From contig CAJFCJ010000050.1 in assembly GCA_904063045.1 (NCBI GenBank), positions 1-64,000 of the forward strand: a stretch of DNA of 64,000 bases, given 5' to 3'. The notes beneath the pieces were generated by a model. That model was not told where the DNA came from, ran no database searches, and worked only from the letters and a program-made list of their open reading frames with translations. A program made the translations under genes and the position numbers. Shown here piece after piece: positions 60,927-64,000 of the stretch; position 1 is the stretch's first letter; each line of letters starts with the position of its first letter. This DNA is from Dimorphilus gyrociliatus. Its lineage: Eukaryota; Animalia; Annelida.

Positions 60927-63900
60927 AATTTTGATGATCCCTGCAAACTTTTAAACATTTTAAAAAGTATAAAATTTTATGATAAAAAATACACTGAAAT
61001 TGGAAATTCAATCAAAAATACTTGGAAAAATTTAATTGATGAAAGAAAATATTATTTTCAATTACAATTAGAAATTTTAAACAATAAACAATGTTTCATT
61101 ATTAAACATAATAATATGTACACACCACCTCAACTTTTATTGAGAAAATGCCATAAAAATAAAGAAAGTGTTGGCCAATTTTTTCAACTTGAACAATTTT
61201 TAAATTATTTAAAAATTTTAAAAAATGATGATAAAAAAATTCTCTTAATTCTTGATGACATTGATGATGATAGCTCAACGATAAATGAGAAATATGAATT
61301 TCTTAATTATCATTTGCCAATGATTATCATGTCAAGGAGAAGAGAAGGAGAGAAATTATATGAAGAGAGCTCTTTACATGGTGGTTATTGCTCTATATTT
61401 GAATTAACAGGATTTAATGAAGGTCAGTTATGCAGCCATTTCCAAAGGTACATAATGGAATATAATTTTGAAAATGATTATTTCTTAAATGATGTCAAAC
61501 TACAAAGAAAAATACTATGGAAGAGTTAAATCAACTTTTAACTATCTTAAATAGTAACAGTAATAGAAAATATCTATTCAAACTTTGTAATAATCCTTTT
61601 ATGGCAAATTTAATATTATTCATTTGGAAAGAACAAAATTGCTTCAATATATTGCGCAGTAAATTTGAAATATTTGACTATATTTCAACATTATGTTTAC
61701 AAAAAGGCAGAGCGATAAATAGGGAAAATACGATTTATTATCTAAGTTTATTTGCTTTTTATGATCTATTCCTAATTGAATTTACATGGAAAGAGATAAA
61801 TTCAATAAATAATATTATAAAAGAATACTATTATTTTCATTGGTTTTTCAATCCTTCAACAAGGAAGAGTAGGTTAAATTTTGAATTTTCACACAGGCTA
61901 TTTAAAGAATATTTTGCGGCAAAATTCATCATTAGCTCGTACCAGAATGAAAAACATGAAAATATTCAATTAATAGAATCAATAATTAGAAATTTAAAGA
62001 ATGTGTTTATGCTGAAAAACGTTTGCTTATTTGTCCTTGACAGAGACTGCAATATCTGTACAAAGTTAATAACTATAAAAGGATTGGATAATATTTTATC
62101 TCTTCTGGATGTAGATGAAAGACTTTGTATATATATTAAAAATGAATCCATTATCACTGCAATTGAATTATCTGCTGTTAGATTACCAATTGGAATTTGG
62201 AGATTAATCCTACATAACTCTACTAATCCTATCAAAAAAATTCAAATAACAGATGTAGATGTAGATTTAAATAGCTTTATTCATGTTGGACAAGAATTTC
62301 CAAAAAAAATTCTCTTTCTGCTTTGGAAATTTATGATAACAATCTAATGAGTTCTATCATTAATGCTGAAACGATACAAAATATTATTTTTGCCACTATC
62401 TTATTGGCTAATTGTCTAAAAGTATTAAAATTACCAATTATTAAATGCTCAAATAGTCAAATAGCAACAAAAGCAGCAACAATGATTGATGATTTAATGA
62501 TGACAAAACTCGATTTGAAATTTCTAGATTTTGGTGGAAATTCTCTTGATAATATCTTGATATACAATTTTATTAAAAAGCTAATTTCTTGTTCAATTAG
62601 CTTAAAAGTGTTGGTTACAAATAGTTACATTCCAACATTTAATGAAATATTCTAATAATAATATTTCATCTCCAAATATTTTTAGAAAAATTGACCTAAA
62701 AAATTGCCAACTGTCTGATGATTTCTTAACAACATTGATAAATGTTTGGACTGAAATAACTTCAATAAAAAGTTTGGATATTAGTTACAATGACTTTTCA
62801 AAGGATACTAGTTTAAAATTTTTAAAAAGGATTAAAAATGAAAATCTTCAACAATTTACCAATTTGTACATGCATCATTGCAATTGGGAAAATATAGATA
62901 TATTTGAATATTTAAATTCAATTTTGGAAATAAAGTATTTAAGAATTTTCAATTCAAAATCAAGACATACTAAATTGGTGTCAGATGTGAAAAATGAAGA
63001 TAAAAGTTTTGTAGTTAATATTAATTCAGAAACTTTTAATTTATTTAAAATGAAAGAATTATGTAGAGTTATGAAAGATATTTCTGACCTGAAAACTCTA
63101 GATATAAGAATTTTAACCTACTATGAGAGGAAAATTGTAGATTTACACATCAAATTGGTAGTATTATTGGTGATTCAATAGGCAAACAAACAAACCTACA
63201 TTTACTTGATATATCTGAAAATTATTTTGGAGATGTTGTTGGAAAATCTATATTTATAAATATCCGATGGAATTGTTCAAAACTTGCAAAATTTGGTTTT
63301 GGTAGACGTGGATTTACTTCTAAAATTCATAACATTGTAGCTAGTGCAATTGGTCAACAAACTAACCTTAAAAATTTGCATTTTTGCCAAAATGAAATGG
63401 GAGATACTATTGGAAAATGTATATTTCAATTAATACATCGCAATTGTCGAAAAATCTCTTCCCTTAAGTTACAAAAGTGTAGATTTTCTTTTCGAATTGG
63501 AAATATTGTTTGTGATGCAATCGGTCAACAAAGTGATCTTGAAATTTTGTCAATTTGCGATAATGATTTCAGAGATGATATTGGTGAACATTTATTTGAG
63601 AAAATTTATAAAAATTGTCAAAAGATCTCGTGTTTAACTATTGGAAATTGTCAGTTTTCTTCTACAATAGGAAATATCTTGGCAAAAGCAATTAGTCAAC
63701 AGAAAAACCTAGAAATATTAGATATAAGCGATAATAATTCAGAAGACAGCGCTGGAAGAGAACTATTCAAAAGTCTTCGAAATAGTTGTACAACCCTCAC
63801 TAAACTTGATATATCTAATTGTGGATTCACTTCCACAATTGGATTAGCTTTAAGTGATGCAATCGGTCAGCAAACTTGCCTACTAACTCTCATAATCCAA

Positions 63901-64000
63901 GAAAACCCTTTAGGAGATGCAACAGGAAAATCTCTTTTTTCAATTATAGTAAAGAACAATAAAAAAATTGAATATTTAAATTTTAGTAGTTGTGAACATT
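60927..64000 (+). pseudogene. NACHT-LRR (NLR-like) gene with a degenerate P-loop and about 4 frame breaks; runs off the right edge
   Basis: LLILDDIDD (Walker B), IIMSR (sensor 1), LCNNPFM (HD1), FEFSHRLFKEYFAAKFI (winged helix); 57-aa LRRs in an open frame from about 63135 to 64000 that is absent from the ORF track. Confidence 0.85.

Overview
AT-rich animal (invertebrate-type) nuclear DNA with very short GT-AG introns (about 50-90 bp), consistent with a compact genome; the species cannot be fixed from sequence alone. The window is a transposon-riddled cluster of immune-like genes. (1) Left end: a young Ty3/Gypsy LTR retrotransposon on the minus strand (5' LTR 5645-6279, tRNA-Ser-type PBS, Gag-PR-RT-RNaseH-IN). 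It carries a second complete retropepsin domain downstream of the integrase, then an acidic tail and the possible start of an env-like ORF at the window edge. Several solo, partial or diverged LTRs of this family occur, one splitting a RING/B-box/coiled-coil/LRR gene with a 4-bp TSD. (2) At least five FLYWCH-MULE (Mutator/Phantom-like) copies or fragments, three preceded by a PHD finger and one with intact TIRs and a 10-bp TSD; also mariner fragments and a second LTR-like repeat. (3) Host genes: a two-domain F-type-lectin-like gene, an intronless class A GPCR, a 6-exon SAM methyltransferase, tRNA-Ile(AAT), a SUEL lectin, PAN/trefoil, F5/8 and EGF/collagen modules, several RNI-type 57-aa LRR genes or remnants, and a NACHT-LRR with a degenerate P-loop. 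(4) An intact, intronless bacterial-type YdeI/OmdA gene (29898-30479) embedded among these, a horizontal-transfer candidate. Alignments and identities were judged by eye; no database searches were run.
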